NCBI GenBank assembly: GCA_043228905.1
Contig: JBHGNT010000301.1
Coordinates: 1-37,339 of the forward strand
Source of the DNA: Azolla caroliniana
Taxonomy: Eukaryota > Plantae > Polypodiophyta
Length of the DNA stretch: 37,339 bases
Direction of reading: 5' to 3'
The position numbers and the translations under genes were made by a program. Positions 35,420-37,339 of the stretch are shown one piece after another. The number at the start of each line of letters is the position of its first letter. Within the stretch, counting starts at the first letter, position 1. A model generated the notes under the pieces. That model searched no databases. It was not told the origin of the DNA and was given only the letters and a program-made list of their open reading frames with translations.

Positions 35420-37339
35420 ACAGATTAAAACACTTCAATAATGCCCCCCCCTTTATCCTCAATCAAGCTCTCCATTTCCCTTTCTCTACAAAATTTCACA
35501 TGTTTTCCCTACCCAACTATATATGTATGGCTGTGGTTCTAATGACCCGACACGATAAATCTGGCGAAAATCAGGTACATTGTGTCGTTGCTCACCTCTC
35601 TCTCTCTCTCTCTCTTTTGTGTTTCTTATCTAATCTAAACTCCCGACTCCAATGCCCTTGCTTTCGACTGTTCGATGAAGTTCTGATAGAACTTTGAGCG
35701 ATTGGGAAATTTTTTACCATCTCTTTTCTGTCCATACATTTTCGGCCACCACTGATTACATTTTGAATGGTTGCTAGCGTCTCTCAACTCTTACAATGAT
35801 TGCGGCATGATCTGATCAAAGACGAAACTCGAGGGGCAATCATAAAAATCTCATAAGGATATTGTGGACATACACATCATGAGGGGATTGGACCGACGTT
35901 CTATTTTATGCTCCTACAAGTCTTGATCTAAGGTTCACAATCCAAGTTCACAATACAAATGAATTAAGTTCAATGTGTCTTTGAGACCCCTCTAGAGGAT
36001 TTCTGTAATTTTGTTATTGCCCCACCTTTGTTTATCTTTATTGCAATTCCAACCAATTGTGTTTTTTTTATATTTATTTACTGTTGCTCACTAGTTTTAC
36101 CCATGAATATATTACTTCTTTACCATTTCTCACATTTGATTGTTTTTTCTTGGCTATTGACGTGTAAGATCAACAAACTTGGAACTGTGTTGAATGTCCA
36201 GTGGTGTCATGTCATATAAAACTACAAAGTCAAACCTCATTTCGTGTTTTTGTTTTCCTTCTATCTTCCCTTTCCAGCTTCAATGCAAGATTTCCAAGTT
36301 AGATGTCAAGGGATCTTTGTAACTTATTGTGCTTATGTGGCATGGATTTTAATATTAAATGCCAGTGAATCCTTTGAATACACAATACAACATTGAATCA
36401 TTAGCTGACATTCCTTGCGAATCTCCTCTCTTTTTATTGCTTTAACTTTGGGCCAACTTCTCTCTTCCACACATGGGTTCATTCATCCTTGAGGTGGCAT
36501 TTTCCTTCACACCCATTATTATTAGCATGCTTCCACTTTTCCAAGTTGTGCAATATTACTTTCACATTGTCACTTTTCCAAGTTATACTTCTTTCACATT
36601 ATTTCGATCTCTTCTTCCTTTTTAGTTAAAGCAGTGTAATTATTGAAGCAACAAGACAACACAAAAACCCCTTGATGTCCCAACGATGATAGTGAGGATC
36701 TTATGTGGCAAAGTAAATCCCCCTAAGGTGTTTCAAGACTAAAAGACAAAGACTCCTCTTATGAGAACAAGGTTTCTATAGTCTCTCTCTCTCTCTCTCA
36801 ACTTTAATACCTATAGGCTACAAAGTATCTCCTCCTTCGAGAAGTGCATCAATTCAATACAATTTAAAAGGTTGAGCTTGGAAAAATAAATATTATAAGT
36901 ACTCTCTCTCTAATATAAGTTGTCATGTAACCTGACATTCAAAATGCTGAATTGTTGACCCCCTCTAGGAATTTCCAAGGGTATCATTAGAAAATAAATA
37001 AATAAAATAATAAGGTTTCATTTTGTTTGGTTCAGGATTGTTTCAAAATGTAGTAGTAAGAAATAACAATTATTTTGTATTACAAAGAAAACATTCAACG
37101 CTTATGCATAGATCCATCTATCAATATCTATATGAAATATTCATAAGCTGTTAGTTACACATTTGTAGCACAAGAAATGAAAATATCGTCATCAAAGGGG
37201 GAACTTCACCAAGAGCAAAAAGGGGATAGAACACAATTGTTCATAAAGCTTTAGGCCAAATGGCCACCCTAATTTGAAAGAGGACAAACCCTATGTTAAA
37301 AGCTATAAAAACTTTTTGTGGGCCTTTTAGCTCTTTCTT

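Noticed and set aside
35660-35820. Possible C/D-box snoRNA (GATGA...CTGA motifs)
   Set aside because: The C box is non-consensus, and I could identify no terminal stem or rRNA complementarity. An Infernal/snoscan search would be needed.

Overview
AT-rich land-plant nuclear DNA. It is probably a fern or other non-seed plant, which is an inference from the repeat content and not proven. I could assemble three intron-containing genes, all on the minus strand, by reading splice sites and phases. (1) A group I WRKY transcription factor (exons 3838-3541, 2285-2104, 1389-1186, 432-<1) whose WRKYGQK domain runs off the window edge. (2) A 55-aa mitochondrial ATP synthase 6 kDa subunit gene that the ORF track misses (23854-23737, 23266-23221, 22893-22890). 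(3) A complete EPC1-like GT64 glycosyltransferase (5 coding exons, 34151-28624, about 328 aa). Between them lie a PLS-type PPR pseudogene fragment, a decayed L1/Tx1-like LINE carrying a hAT-type MITE and several near-perfect tandem duplications, Copia/LTR remnants and RTE-like LINE fragments. The least explained signals are a ~190-bp module with two convergent tRNA-like heads that follows the (AG)n tail of the LINE 3' end in two separate copies, intron-specific degenerate minisatellites and a pseudo-exon in the WRKY gene, and many 89-332 bp tandem duplications, several with junction microhomology. There is no CRISPR or other prokaryotic system.
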